This document shows positions 45,251 to 58,997 of a stretch of 64,000 nucleotides of DNA, piece after piece. The translations under genes and the position numbers were made by a program. The stretch is from the human T2T-CHM13v2.0 reference genome, Homo sapiens, in NCBI RefSeq assembly GCF_009914755.1, contig NC_060930.1, one strand, 5' to 3'. Numbering within the stretch: position 1 is the first letter of the stretch; the number at the start of each line of letters is the position of its first letter. The notes under the pieces are model-generated. The model did not search any database. It saw nothing but the letters and a program-made list of their open reading frames with translations, and was not told the origin of the DNA.

Positions 45251-46636
45251 CAGGAAAGTTCTTTAATAAAGATTCCAAAGACAGACGCAAACATTTCACA
45301 GGCCAATATTTTTGCTAGTCACAAAGAACATGAACAAAAATACATTGTTTTTAGGATTTTGTAGGTGAAAAAGTAGAATTCTATATAAACTAGTATCAGC
45401 CTGGTGATGAATAGCCTTCATACGACAGAAAGATAAATTAATACCATCAATTATAATCTAAATTGCCATTTTAGACCAAAGCATTATAAATAACGAGATG
45501 AAAATTTAAGAAAAACAAAATGAATTTTCAAAATTATATAGGGCATTTTGTCCAGGTGAGGTTAATGTGGAAATTCAGATTAAGATAAGTAAATAAACAT
45601 AAACAGGCAATTTGAATAGTTCTACCAAATCACAACACTCATAATAGAAGAGCTTTTCATCAGTATTACACACATTATTTCTTTGGCTTTCAATCAGTCT
45701 TGGTTAGTACAAAAGTAACCCTAAGTCTCTTCAGAAATAAAAGTATACCTAAGTAAGGAAAGGAAATTTTGTGAAGTTTATAAAAAATAAAAATGTGTTT
45801 CATTTTTCTAACACTTATTTAAAGAAATGGCTCTTAATTTAGAAAAATAATGTAAGGACTATTTCAAATATATTTTCTCACAACCCTATTTATTTTAAAT
45901 ATTTAAAGCTAGAGAACAGCTGAAGGAATAGTACAATAAACAACATATTCCCTTCACCTAGATTCAACAACAGTTATTTGCATATTTGCTTCAGCTCTGT
46001 GTATACTATATATATAATTTTATATCATTTTCAACATATTTTTGAAACTTACAGTACATTTTCCTCAAAGCAATTATTCCCTGTTCTTTTCTATCCAACT
46101 ATTCAACAAATACCTGTGTCTATTAAGTTCTACGTGCTAATGCCACAGAGAAACAAGATTTTTCCCTGGTATTAAAAAGTATATGATCTACCGAGTGAAG
46201 AGAAACTCATAAACAAGGGAGATAAAGCTTAGCACGCTGGTAGGTGCTACGATAGACTTAGGTGTTGGAAACATCCGGGACGTGAGGGCATGAGTAAGTG
46301 GTCAATTCAATCCAGGGGAAACAGGGAAGAGACAGTATCAGGGAAGAGAGAGTATCAGGAAGAGACAAAGGGAAACACAGTGGTTTCCCTTTGTCAGCCA
46401 ATTGGTTTTGCATATTCAGCCTGGCAATAAACGTCTTCTAAGGAAGCAAGTGAGACTGATATTATTTTGTCATTATCTGTGTCACCATCCCTGTTTCTGC
46501 TGTCCCATTTACCTCCAGCTGAATACACCAATGTCCTCCATGTGTGGGTTTAATACCTTTCCATTTCCTGAGTTGTGCAAATCAAATCAAGTCCAGCAAC
46601 AAACTTGACCACAGCATTTCAAATCAAATTCCAGAT

Positions 46637-46945
46637 CAGTGGTTATCAATGTTAGCCACACACTGGATTCGCCTAGGGAGCTTTAAAGATACTAATACTA
46701 GGTTCTACTCCTGGAGATTCCAACTTAATTGGTGTGATGTGGGACTTTCCAACAAATTATAATGTGAAACCAAGACTAAGAACTACTGTTGCGAGTCTCC
46801 AACTTCAGAATGCATGTAAATTATGTGCAGCTCTTGTTAAGATACAGATCTTGGCTCTGGGGTGGGGTCTGAGGTTCCGCATTTCTAGCACACATCTCCA
46901 TGATGCCTATGCTGCTAGTCTGGGGAACCTGGTTTGAGCAGCAAG
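46637..46945. mobile_element. Two adjacent MER5-like fragments
   Basis: cagtggttatc...aagaactactg; ggggtggggtctgaggttccgcatttctagca...tgatgc. Confidence 0.6.
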
Positions 46946-47094
46946 ATTTTATATCATAAACTACTATTAGTAGCAAGATATTACTCATAAACTGATCACA
47001 GCTGCTATTGCCCAAGTTGTGGCAATGCCAGTCAGGTCCAAGGCCTCACCAGTGAGCCCACCATGCCAATGTTACCCCAAGCTGCAAGTTGAAA

Positions 47095-48028
47095 GAGAAG
47101 TCACTTCTAACACTTCTGATACCAAATGTGTGGGTTTTGGTTTTCACACCAAGCAATTCTCCAGTTATTTGTGGACACTCACTGGTGTCCTACAGTTTAA
47201 CTCAATGTTCACACTAACCACTCAGAGGTAGCGTAGACCCCACAAGTTAAAGGCTCAGCCCCACAAGTCTGCCCCCTACTTCAGACACCAGTTACAAGTA
47301 GTAGGTCCCCAGGTCACCCACAGCTCCTGTCCAACTTGGCTGCAAGTTGGAGCCTCTCATGACCTCCCCCTCAAGTGGAATCATTTGCTATAACGGCTAA
47401 CAGAACTCAGGGGGACACTTTGCTTGCTATTACTGGTTTAAGATAAGGGATACAGGTGAACAGCCAGATGCAGAGGTACACAACGCGAGGTCCAGAAGAG
47501 TCCCAAGCACAGGAGCTTCTGTCTCCATGGAGTTTGGATGCACCACGCTCCTTGCACATGGATCCATCCATCAACCCAGAAACCTTCCTGGGTTTAGTGG
47601 TTTTATGGAGGGGTTTAGGGGTTTTATGGAGGTTCATAACCTCATTGTTTAGGGGTTTTATGGAGGTTCCATTATGTAGACGTGATTAGTTAAATCATTG
47701 GCTATGGACGATCAGCTCAATCTCCAGCCTCCTCTCCTCCCTGGAGGCCAGGGATGTGGAGGAAGGGAGGGATGCTGAAAGTTCCAATCTTCTAATCATG
47801 GCTTGGTCTTTCTGGTGACCATCTTCCATCCTCAAGCTATCTAGGGACACCCAGCCACCAGTCTTCTCATTAGTGTAAACTCGGATGCATTTGAAAGGGG
47901 CTTATTGTGAATAACAAAACATGTTCCTTTCACCCCAACGCTCATCAGCTTATGAGTGTTTTAGAAGTTCTGTGCCAGGAACCCCAGCACTAAGACCAAA
48001 TATGTATGTCTTATTCTATCATATCACA
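47095..48028 (-). mobile_element. MER21-type ERV LTR
   Basis: Reverse complement starts TGTGATAT...aataagacatacatatttggtc...ggttcctggcacaga; contains a triplicated gtttaggggttttatggagg unit. Confidence 0.82.
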
Positions 48029-48059
48029 CAAATCCTTTTCCCTCCACAGTTTATCTGCT

Positions 48060-48237
48060 CTAGTGGTACTTGAAGTCCCTGGACCAGTAGCATCAGTGTC
48101 TCCTAGAAACTACTGAGAAATGCAACTTCTAGGACCTCACCCCAGACCTAATAAATCAGACACTCTGGAGGTAGGGCACCACAATCTGTTTTAATATCTA
48201 GGGGAAGCTGATGCATGCTCAAATTTGAAAACCAGTG
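48060..48237. mobile_element. MER5A
   Basis: ggaccagtagcatcag...ccccagacctaataaatcagacactctgg...tttgaaaaccagtg. Confidence 0.75.
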
Positions 48238-50088
48238 ACCCAGTTGGTATATTTGTGGATCTTCCTTGCTGTCCTCTTCATCCTTCTGACCAACTATTCT
48301 AAATCAGTGATTCTACTTGATTGCATGTTAGAATCCCTTTGAGAACCCTTATAACATGCCTATGCCCCTCCCCTGAAGCTCTGGGAGTTGGACTCGGTTA
48401 TGAAAATACGTGTGCAAGAGCTCACCGGGTGATTCTATTGTACAACTGATGCTGAGAAATTTTGTTTCGAATAATCCCCGGGAGATCCCTTGATACGTAA
48501 TATTTTCCTTTGGCCAATCTCAGTTTCTGAAATCTAACTATCCACGAACACATTCTGCAGATTATCCAGTGCCTCCCTCGTCCCATACTGTTGACTGACC
48601 TCTAAGTCCCCTTTTGCAGTGCTTTGGGGTGAATATTACAGCTCAATTCCTTCCACCTTATTTGCTTAATCTAAGATTGGTATATCCTGGTAAGTAGAGC
48701 TTTTATATACAAATATCTTGGCTGATTTCATGAAGCCCACATCCCATCAGATTTCCCTCTGCATTCTCTATGAAGCCTCTTCTATTCCCTCTTAATGCGT
48801 ACATCTTCCCAAAAGTCCCACTGAGCCATCTTCCTCCATTTGCCATCACACTGCACGGTTTCATATCTTTTATTTATTCGAATGCTTGTCTTTCCTTTCT
48901 AGACTATAAACCATTAGAGTGAAGGTAGATATCTTTCCTAGATCCAAGTTTTCACCATACCTAGAACACTGTGAATACTGTGCCTTCCAAAGGTTTGTGG
49001 AATAGAAGATAAATATCTAGTGTTAACTGTCCCCACAATCTTCATCAAATTGCTAGCCTTCAGACACTGTGCCTTAATTTCTGCCCTCCTCTTTTTGAGT
49101 TGTCTTTAACCAGTATGTTTCCCTAGCCCATTCCCTTGGCCCAGAGAATCAGCTTCAAATTTGGTCCCATCTTCTTTTCCAAGAACTCTTTGCAGCCTCA
49201 AAACACCATGGTTGAGTTAGAATGAGTACCCTTGAGAAGAGACTAATTCTGTAGATACATTCAGCAGTCATACTCTTCCGTAAAATATTTAATGTGCACA
49301 TACTGTTTTCAATCAACAAGCAGATAATTAAGGCTTTAACTCTAGGTTTTTAAAATAAAAACATCATAGAATTACTGTATTTTCTCTCCCCTTCCCCAAA
49401 AGAGTCCATTATGCATATCTCCACTGCTATGATCTATACTCATCAATCAGATTGTTAGATCTTGGAACTTAGGAGAATATTTCTGTTTATTTTGACATGT
49501 AGAAATTCTGTTTAACCTGACCTGAAGAATTTCTCAAATTTATCCTATTTTGTTTAACTGATCATTTGCCTCTCAAAATATTATTTCTTTCAAGTATGCC
49601 ATTGGTCAGATAGAGGGCTGTCTTTCTAGCTGCTGGGGTAGGACTAGAATCAGTTCTTTTTTTCTCTGAGTAACATAGTCTTTGCACAGCCTAGTAACCC
49701 ATGGATAAAACAGACAAGCCTTAAGGTCACCTCTGGCCAGACCTCTCAGTGGTGCCTACAGGTTCCCAGTGAAATAGGCTCTACCTTGAACAGCCAGGGG
49801 AAGCACTGGTGGGCCTCAGCAAATAGAAAGGTGTCAGGACAAGCCTCTCTGAGACAGCTAGATATGGTCCCAACCCACAGTGAAGGTAACCAGGTATTCA
49901 GAAACTGGACTGACCAGGCACAAAGAAAAACAAAAACAAAAACAAACAAACACAAATAACTTTTCCAAATAAGCAGCTAAGAGTCAATCCCTTTCTTTCA
50001 TTTCAAGTCTAGCATTTGTCTAAACTCAAAGTGCTCTGCTAAATCGTGTCAACTAGCTTTGTAACTAAGACCTGCAGGCTTTAATTAC

Positions 50089-50243
50089 CTTAAGGAGAAA
50101 GTCTGGTGTCCAAAGAAAGCCTCATTACAAACTGGGTTTTGCTTGGGGGTGGGAGAAGGCCCAGGAATGAGGCTGTCTTGGGGATCCCCTGCCAAATCAA
50201 ATATATCTTCATCCTTCATGGTGATGAGACTGGTGATCCACAT
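50089..50243 (-). CDS. OFCC1: Candidate upstream OFCC1 coding exon: (MWITSLIT)MKDEDIFDLAGDPQDSLIPGPSPTPKQNPVCNEAFFGHQTFSL(R)
   Basis: Donor TTAAG|gtaatt at 50089/50088. ATGs at 50243 and 50219 (ACCATGA). It ends in phase 2, and AG plus the first A of the 12028 exon gives Arg, in frame with MERE. Unique, non-repeat sequence. Confidence 0.6.
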
Positions 50244-53200
50244 AATTAATATAAGCTCACACAGAAGTAAACATGAAACGATTAAACAGGAAGCCTTTAA
50301 CCAGGCAGCATGAAGCAGGGAGGTGGGGGAGGAATTAATGGATAACAGAGTCTTAGAAACACAGGCAAGTAGTACATGGTATTTTTAAATGAACCTTTGT
50401 TCCTGGACTAAAACCAAATGGCTTTTAAAACTTTTCTCTCCACAACAGCCTCGACAAGGTGGTTTGGAGCAGGTATTATGCCCAGAATATTTACATTCTG
50501 GCAGTTATAGCATAGCCATATGCTATAACTATATTTGATAAATGATATAGCAAATTCAAAAAGAAATAGTAAGAAAAATAGTAGTTGAATAATTTGTACT
50601 CCTTAAAGACTAAATTTGGAGGAACAGCAGATAGCTTGTGAGCCTACTATGATTGGCATTAAAACAGTAACTCTGTCGTGGTGGGCAGAGGGGGTGAGGG
50701 TAGGGGTCTTTATGTGTTGAATAGGGACCGGGCACCATGTGAACTGCTGGGAATATGTAATCTCATTTAACACTAAATACATCTTATTTGAACTCTCTGA
50801 TATCATGCAATTTTTTTTTCTTGCAGAACACCCAGGGTTAATACATGGGCACTACTAAGCAAGTGAAGTTCAAGATATGCACGTCCCATTTCCAATAGAT
50901 AAACTGCATGGAGAGGAGAAAACATAGTAACTGCAGAATCTCTTGATTAAAGCCTCCTTTTTAAAATTAGGCTTGCTTGCTTTTTTAATGTTTCAATTAG
51001 GGAATTAAGCTAAAAGGAAAAACTAAAATCTGCCCTGCAGTTTTCTGCATCAGGAAAATAAGTTGTGATAGGATGTCACTTTTGATCCTTTCTCAGATGA
51101 TCTGAGTTATAAGTCACCCAGGGACCACAGTTTGGGTTTCATTAGCAGTAAGTCTAGAACATCTAAGTTCAGGACCTCCCTATAGAGCTTGACTGTGGGC
51201 TGTGGGCAAACACCTAGGGGCTACCATCACCAGCATGAGAGCCAGCTCAGAAGTCTTTTCCTGCCCCAGAAAAGAAGAATCACACCTTTGGCAGAGGCCT
51301 GAAGGCAGGATGAGTAATACCGTATTTATAGGAACCCCAAAAGAAACACCCCAAACCCTTCGGCTGTCGCCTGTCTCATTCTCTGCTGAAACGCCTATTG
51401 CATCATTTTTTTTTTAAGTCAAGCAAGACCCAGCATGTGGAGAGGAGGCAGTTGGCAATTTTGCTACTGTTCTAAAACACAGCCTTTGATGAAGCCATCG
51501 AATGGTATCCCCACTTGTACAGGTAAGGAAACACGAATTAGAGGAGGTTGACTTCCTTGTCTATTACCACACGAAGTAAGTAGGAGAATCATTTGAACTC
51601 AGGCAGTTTATTGTCAGGTATATGTTCTCTGCTCTTCCTTGTCTTGTCATGAGGGTAGTACCTGTTGTACATGGTTGGATATTAACCAGTGTAAACTGCC
51701 CTCCACCACCAGGAATACAGAAACATACCACAGCCAGTGGAAAATGAGAAAGATGAAAAAAGAGGGACTAGAGATTCCTAGCTAACATTGTAAACATTGT
51801 AACAGTGGAAACACTGCATCTGGAGGGATACAGAACTTGTACTTCATTTCTTCCTGAAATTTCAATCCTTTCCAGCTAATCTGGGTTTTTTAATTAAATA
51901 TTAATAAAGAGGTATACTGGAGCCAGGTGAACCAAATTGATGTTTTCCTTCAAGATTCTAATGCACTTGCTTCAAATACTGGTGATGAACCCTTAAGTGG
52001 GGCCTGAACAGAGCCTGAACCCTTTGGGCTTACTGATGATGGGAGGCCTGATGTCCCTTACTTTCCAAGACTAATACAGATAAAAGAAACAGCCTAAGGG
52101 GAAATCCTACCAACACAACTCCTATTTTTTTAAATTTTGCTTTCATGAAGACTTCCAGCTCAGGATGATGGATCTGTTTTCCATAGAGAATTGCTTGTGT
52201 TTTCACATTCTCATTATATGGAAAGGGTGCAAGAAAGGAACAGAAAATAACCACAATAAAATTAGAAGAGCAAAGTATAAATTTTGAAAACTTGATGGAA
52301 TATTTCTGGATGGCTTGCATTTTGAAAGCTCATTATTTCAGCTCCAAAATTAAATAAATATGGTTTTATTTGGACTAAATATAATTTTACAACCATAAAA
52401 ACAGTTTTAGAACCATTTCAAAGGCTTGACAAGTTTGACCAAACTTCTTAAAACCATTCTGTCACCCAAAGGGCAGTGCAAAAGAATAGAGGAACAAAGT
52501 GTGCATAAAATGTTTCATTAAATAAGGGCAATTGGCAAAACCTTTAATCCACCACCTCACAGCGCTAGGCACACCCTCCAAACACAGATGATAAATAGGA
52601 ACAACATGGTGAAGCTTTGGTCATGCGACACATCTGTTCACTTATTTGGGTCATGTTTTAGATTTGGGCATAACAAGTTTTGATTGTCTTTATGTACGGT
52701 GACAGCAATGTAATGAATGTTGTTTGAACTCTGAATTATATAAATACATAGACATGTTGATTTGAGAAGAGAAAACAAAGCATGTGAAAATTGGTAAAAT
52801 ACCCACTTCAAGAATTACAGATATTCTTCTTTAAAAAAAAAAAAAGAAAAGAAAGAAAGAAAGAAAAGACTAGCACGCAACTGGCAGACCACCCGTGAAG
52901 TGCGATTAAAATCTGAACATGAACAAAAGAGAATGTTCTCCAGTCAGTACAATTCCTAAAAGTATTAACTTTTAAAAGTTCTTCACTTAATCCAATGACC
53001 TTAAAATATGTCATTGAAATGCAGTATCCTTTTGTGTAATCAGTGGAAGTCCTCTCACGTATATGAAATTAATTGAGATAATTAGAAAAGGCCAATAATA
53101 ACGATAGTTGCTAGTATTTATGGGGCACTTTCTAGGAGTGAAACGGAAGTATTATACATGTTATCTCATGTAATCCTATCATCAAGCCTTTAAAATAAAT

Positions 53201-55369
53201 ATTAAGTGAAACATACACATTTATCAAATAAAGAAAGGCTAAGACACTAAATAAATTGAATAAAGTCACATAGCAAGATTCAAACTCACGCCCATCCTAG
53301 TCTAAGACAATGTGGCCTTTTCACTACAATGTGCTGACATTTAATAGCTCTTTTTTTCCTACAGTAGGTCTAATTAGCTTGCAATGAATCAAATTCATTA
53401 TTAACAACAAAAGAGAAACACATAACCCCAAAATAAGGATTCAATTCCTAGAAGAAAAAAATTCAATGACAAAATCTTCCAAGGAAACAAATAAGCAATT
53501 AAATTGGGCAAATGTGCACTCAATTTGAAAGAAATACAAAAAGGAAAATGTTCAATAATAATTCAAAATAAATCTGTCTCAAGCAATGAAGAAGTAATGA
53601 ATAGAGTAATCCGAGTGTTTTTCTCTGTAGAAGTAATATGTCTACCCGACTCCAGAAAGAGCCTAATTAAACATGGGGAATGTCCTTTGCCCCCATTTTT
53701 CTCTGATGATCCTGCCCACCAATAATTATTCTTTTATGCTTTGTTTTCCTACTTCACTTAATATCTGAATGACTTGTAGGCCACTTCACTTTGTACTGTT
53801 AATTTCCTTTTATATGTTTAGATCCCTACAATGAGATTTAAGCTCCTCAAAGAAGTGAAGAATATCTTGCACTTTTGTGTATGTCCATATGCCTTGCACA
53901 TAATAAGTGTTCAACTAATTGTTGGTTTAATTCAGGCTGAGACTTCTGCCACTAAGATTACCTAGACACCAAATTTGACTAAATGGTAGCATAATGATTA
54001 CAGTTACCTTGGCAACATTTGAAAGTTTTTGCAATGTAACCTGTATTTTCAATGAAAAGCATCCAATTCTTTGCAATAGACATCATCCTTTTGCCCTTTA
54101 GTAGGCAGATCACTGTGTTTGCAAGCAACAGGTGCAGGGTGAAGCTTGTGATTTATTTGAGGTATGTTTCTCAAAAGTTACATTTCATTTTAATTTCTGC
54201 CATGTAGGAATTCATCAAGGAACCCCTAAGCAGCACAACAGATTACATGATCTACTGCAAAATAGGAAAGACCATGACTGGATTAGTGGAAAGACGGAAT
54301 GGAGCAGAGCTTGAAAAACATTGTCATAAAGAGTAAATCAGAGTCACTAGAAAAAAGGACACAAACAGAAGAAGGATGAGGCAGAGTGAACCAAGGCTTT
54401 AAGATGTGTAAGTGCAAGTTAAGATTTAAGATGTTCTATAAATGTTTATTGAGTGACTGAAGGAATGAATGCATAATATCAGAGTCCCCGCACTTTACTG
54501 CACTTGAGAGAGTAGACGCATAATGACAGGATAGTAAAAGGGAATTGAAGGTCAGAGTTAAGATGTACTTAAGGGATACATTTAAGCTGAAGCAACCAAG
54601 AGTTCTTTGGGAGCAGCACAGAAAAACTGAACATTGTGTTGTATTGCTTTTGAAAACTCCCAAGAAGTTTTGGCCAATGCAGCTACCATGCAACGCATTA
54701 AAGAGTGATGGCCACATTGTGCCTCTCCGAATCATCCAGGTGGCTGGATTAAAAGGGGGTGCACCACTTAGCAAACTCTTTCACCAGCTGTTTCTATGTG
54801 TGAATTTTGAAGCTGCCAAACCATACACGAATGGCACGTTGGCCTCTACAGTCGCACAAGCGCAGTAAGCCACTATCACAGATGTGCTATGTTCACACAA
54901 TATTCACGGTAGCTAGACGGCAGCTAACTTCCTCAGAGGACACTGGGTGCACCAGCTGCTGGTGACAGCAATAGAATCAGATAGGTTCTGCCCTGTAGTT
55001 TTTAAATGCTGCCTGCTTTAAAAAGCAGAGCCTCCAAATAATGCAGGAGCTAACAAGTTTGCAAAGGAAATGCACTTGCAATATGCAAACCAGAGCAGCT
55101 GGGTATCCCAACTGTGTAAAGAAACACGGAGAGCTCTTCTTTCCCTCAAACTGATATTACTCACACGGGTTTTATAGAGTCGAAAGCATATGCTTAAGTA
55201 TAATTACTCAACAACTCAGACCAATTTCTACATCACAGCCACATAAATGAGATATTTCATTCCACCTAGGTGGTGACAATGTGACTCTTTTGCCTGGGTA
55301 TTTCTGATGAGTATTATAAACCAGTGGCTCAAGAGGCAACATTTTGAGATTAATTTGAAAAACAAGATA

Positions 55370-57170
55370 TTTCATACACACACAATATGTGTAACACTCT
55401 ATATAAGTAGATAAAACAAATCACCATCTAGATTAAGAAAGAACATCACCAGTACAACTCAAATCTCTTCTCTATCACTCCATGTTTGTATCCCCCAGGA
55501 CCAGCTGCATAATTTGAGGGGCCCAGTGCAAAATGCAAGGTCTCTTGTTCAAAATTATTAAGGATTTCTAGATGGTGACAACACAACATGAAATCACACC
55601 TAGGGTCCTTCTAAACTCAGGGCTCTGTGTCACAGGTCACATTCCCATGAAACTGGTCTGGTAGTTCCTCGACTCAGCACTCACACAGAGGGAGAATTAC
55701 TCTGGATTTTCTAGATATGAATACAATCATTTTAGTAGGCTTTACTCAATATATAGTAATTAAATATCGTATGTTTGAAATTTATAAACATGCTGTATAT
55801 CTGAAAACATGTTTTTGAGATTCATCCATGTTGCTCTATAAAGTTGTCATTAATATATTTTTATTGTTTATATTATACCAACTAATGTCACTATATGTTT
55901 AAACATTTTCCTATTGAAGAACATTCAGGTCGTATCCAGTTTTCATGTTTGTTTCTGTAAGAAACAATGCCTCCAGGAACATTTTTGCAAATGTCTCCTG
56001 GAGCCCATATTTAGCGTTCCATATGTTTTAGGCATGCTTCTCATAAACAGCATAGAAATGCACTGGGCTTTCATCAAGTCTGACAATCTGTCTTGTTACT
56101 AGTGAAAATGGTCCATTTACATTTATGTGGCTATTGGTATATTTTGATTCATTTCTATCATCTTACTCTGTGCTTTCTATTTGTCCTACTCCATGTTTCT
56201 TTTTCTCTCCTAACTTATCTTGATTTTCATTTCAATTTTTCTCTACTGCTTTAATTGAATTCTTTCTTATTCTGTCCTTGGAATTGTAGCATATCTAAAT
56301 ATCAACGTCTCAGGTTAATCATTATCTTAATTATCTAATCAAATAATGCTGAAACTAGAGAATGTTTTAACTTTTGTCACCCTCCTTCAAATTTATAAAC
56401 TAATGTCATTCAGTATTTTAGTTCTGCCTTATTATTTTGCCCTACAAAATAGACATTGTTAGTATTATTTTATACTGTCACTAATTATTTAGATTTATCT
56501 ACATGTTTATCCATTTCTTGGCTCACATTCCTTCTTATATATCAGAAATTCCTTCTAGAGTCATTTTTATTTCATCTGAAGTACAGTTTTAAATGTTCCT
56601 TTACTTAGAACCTAATGATAGTAACGTCTCAGTTTTGTTCATCTGAAGATCTATTTGGTTTTGGTTCCTGAAATACAGTTTTACTTGCTAAACAACTTAA
56701 AATTGACAGCTACTCCATCTCAACACAGCATTCATGGTTGCTATCAGTCTAATTTTTGTTCCTTTCTGGAAAAGAGAATAATTTTAAAATCATCTTTTTG
56801 TCTTTGGTACACCCCAGTTCCACCACAACGTATAGAGGGGTAGATTTCTTTTTATTTTCATGTTTGGAAATTTTGTTCACATCTCTGATTATTCAAATCT
56901 ATCACCAGTTCTGAAAACAGCTCATCCACTATACAGCCAAATATTGCCTCCTCATTCTCTCTGTTGTCTCAAATTTAAAATGCTAGATCTTCTCATTATA
57001 ACCTCTGTGTCTCTTACACTCGATTTTCTATTGTCAGTCACCTTTTTCTATAAGCTATATTCTGGTTTACTTCTTCACATTTGTCTTCCTATTTACTAGT
57101 TCTTTCTTTAGCCGTGTCTACTTACTGCTAAACTATTCATGATTTTATTGCAATAAACGCATTTTTTCAT
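55370..57170 (-). mobile_element. Ancient L1ME-like fragments
   Basis: gagattcatccatgttg, ccatttacattta, T-rich antisense L1 composition; boundaries approximate. Confidence 0.55.
55496..55660 (-). mobile_element. MER45A
   Basis: caggaccagctgcataatttgaggggcccagtgcaaaatg...cccatgaaactggtctg. Confidence 0.78.
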
Positions 57171-57713
57171 TTTAAGGATGTTGTCTTTTTAGAAGACGAA
57201 TTAGTCCAAAACTAAAAATTAAGAGAGGTATGTACCTATTTTCCAAGTTCAGCAAGTTGACTGTTGACTCTGGTCTAAAAGAAAGCTTTCCAGGCATGGC
57301 TTGCTGAGGAATGGGGCCAGGTGGTGGCTAATCTTTTTATTCTCAGTTCAACCAATTAGCCAGGACAGTGTTAATTATCTCATGCTGATGACAGGTCTAT
57401 TGTCTCAGTCTATATCAATGAATGAAATGGAAAAGGAGAGCCTTTTGCATGGTGTTAGTGTGATCCATGGTACTTTCATTTCTGCTTTCACTTTTGGGCA
57501 AGTAACAGTATAGGATTGCTTAAAAGGAAAAGGCAATAGATCTTCAGTAAAGTCTAGGAAAATACAAATGGGTGCTTGAAGATGATGATGCAGATTAGAG
57601 GGCAATATGGAGATGATACAGCAAAGAAGTGAGGAAGAGGAAGAAGAAGAAAAAAACAAAGGTAGGAATATGGATGGACTGCTGATTCAGTTCTAGTGGC
57701 CTGATGTCAGTAA

Positions 57714-58044
<331 letters not shown>

Positions 58045-58047
58045 TAG

Positions 58048-58049
<2 letters not shown>

Positions 58050-58094
<45 letters not shown>
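58050..58094. repeat. (TG)~22 microsatellite
   Basis: Direct reading; pure alternating purine-pyrimidine tract. Confidence 0.95.
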
Positions 58095-58095
<1 letters not shown>

Positions 58096-58689
58096 TTATA
58101 ATTTATTTTATACACATAGCATACATATTTTAAACCTAAACTATAGGATATACTTGAGTATCATACTTCATATTTAATAATACTATAGGCTGTGGATATG
58201 GTAGAGACACAGCTTGCCAATTACATTTTTAGCAGCCATACCAAAGAATGAATATTTCATAAGAAACCTAAAGGGATTACTTTTTGAGTCTTTCACTGGA
58301 GAAAGAAGACTATCATCTGAAGAGGCAGCTTAAGGGGACTGTTTAGATGTTGTAAAGAGCCATCAAGTTTATTATTTGTGACATAAATGGAAACTTTTTA
58401 AGTAGATTATGTTCTGACATAAAGAATTCCAGTTAAGACACCAGATTGCAAGGCAAAGACACAAACAGCTGCTGCAGCTTTGAAACTGTACTTACAGCTC
58501 ACTTGTTCACAAAAATGTTTAGATCAACTTCACTACTTTCAAACTTTCTGCAGACAAGAGGCATGGATGTATTACAGGCCTAGGGAATGGTTTTAGAAAC
58601 AATCAAAGGCTAACACAAAGCCAAGAAATGTTCAGGAGGTACAAGCCTCCACCTCATGAATGAAGTGTTCACTACAAACACTGTGATAT

Positions 58690-58997
58690 TATTGAAGAAA
58701 ACACGGGCAACCAACCTATGAAACAAAATGAAAAACTTAAACCATAATAAAATTACTGCTATCATATTGAAGCAGTCCCAGAGAATCGATAAACAATTTG
58801 GTTTCCAGAGAATATGAATTCTACTTGCCAAAGAGAATCTGAGGGACCAATTCTTTTTTGATGCTATTCTCTCCACTCCAGTTTCTGCCTGTCGAGAGTC
58901 CTTCCATCCTTCAAGCCTAGGTCAGCATCTACTCCTCCACAAAACACTACTTCATTAGCTCTTTCCATTCCTCTAACACATAGGATGTATGGATCTT
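58690..58997 (+). repeat. About 300-bp dispersed direct repeat, copy 1
   Basis: Matches 60731-61035. Confidence 0.92.

Noticed and set aside
50160-50219. Endocytic motifs in the N-terminal extension (DIFDL, DPQDSLI)
   Set aside because: Neither fits the clathrin-box or [DE]xxxL[LI] spacing exactly.
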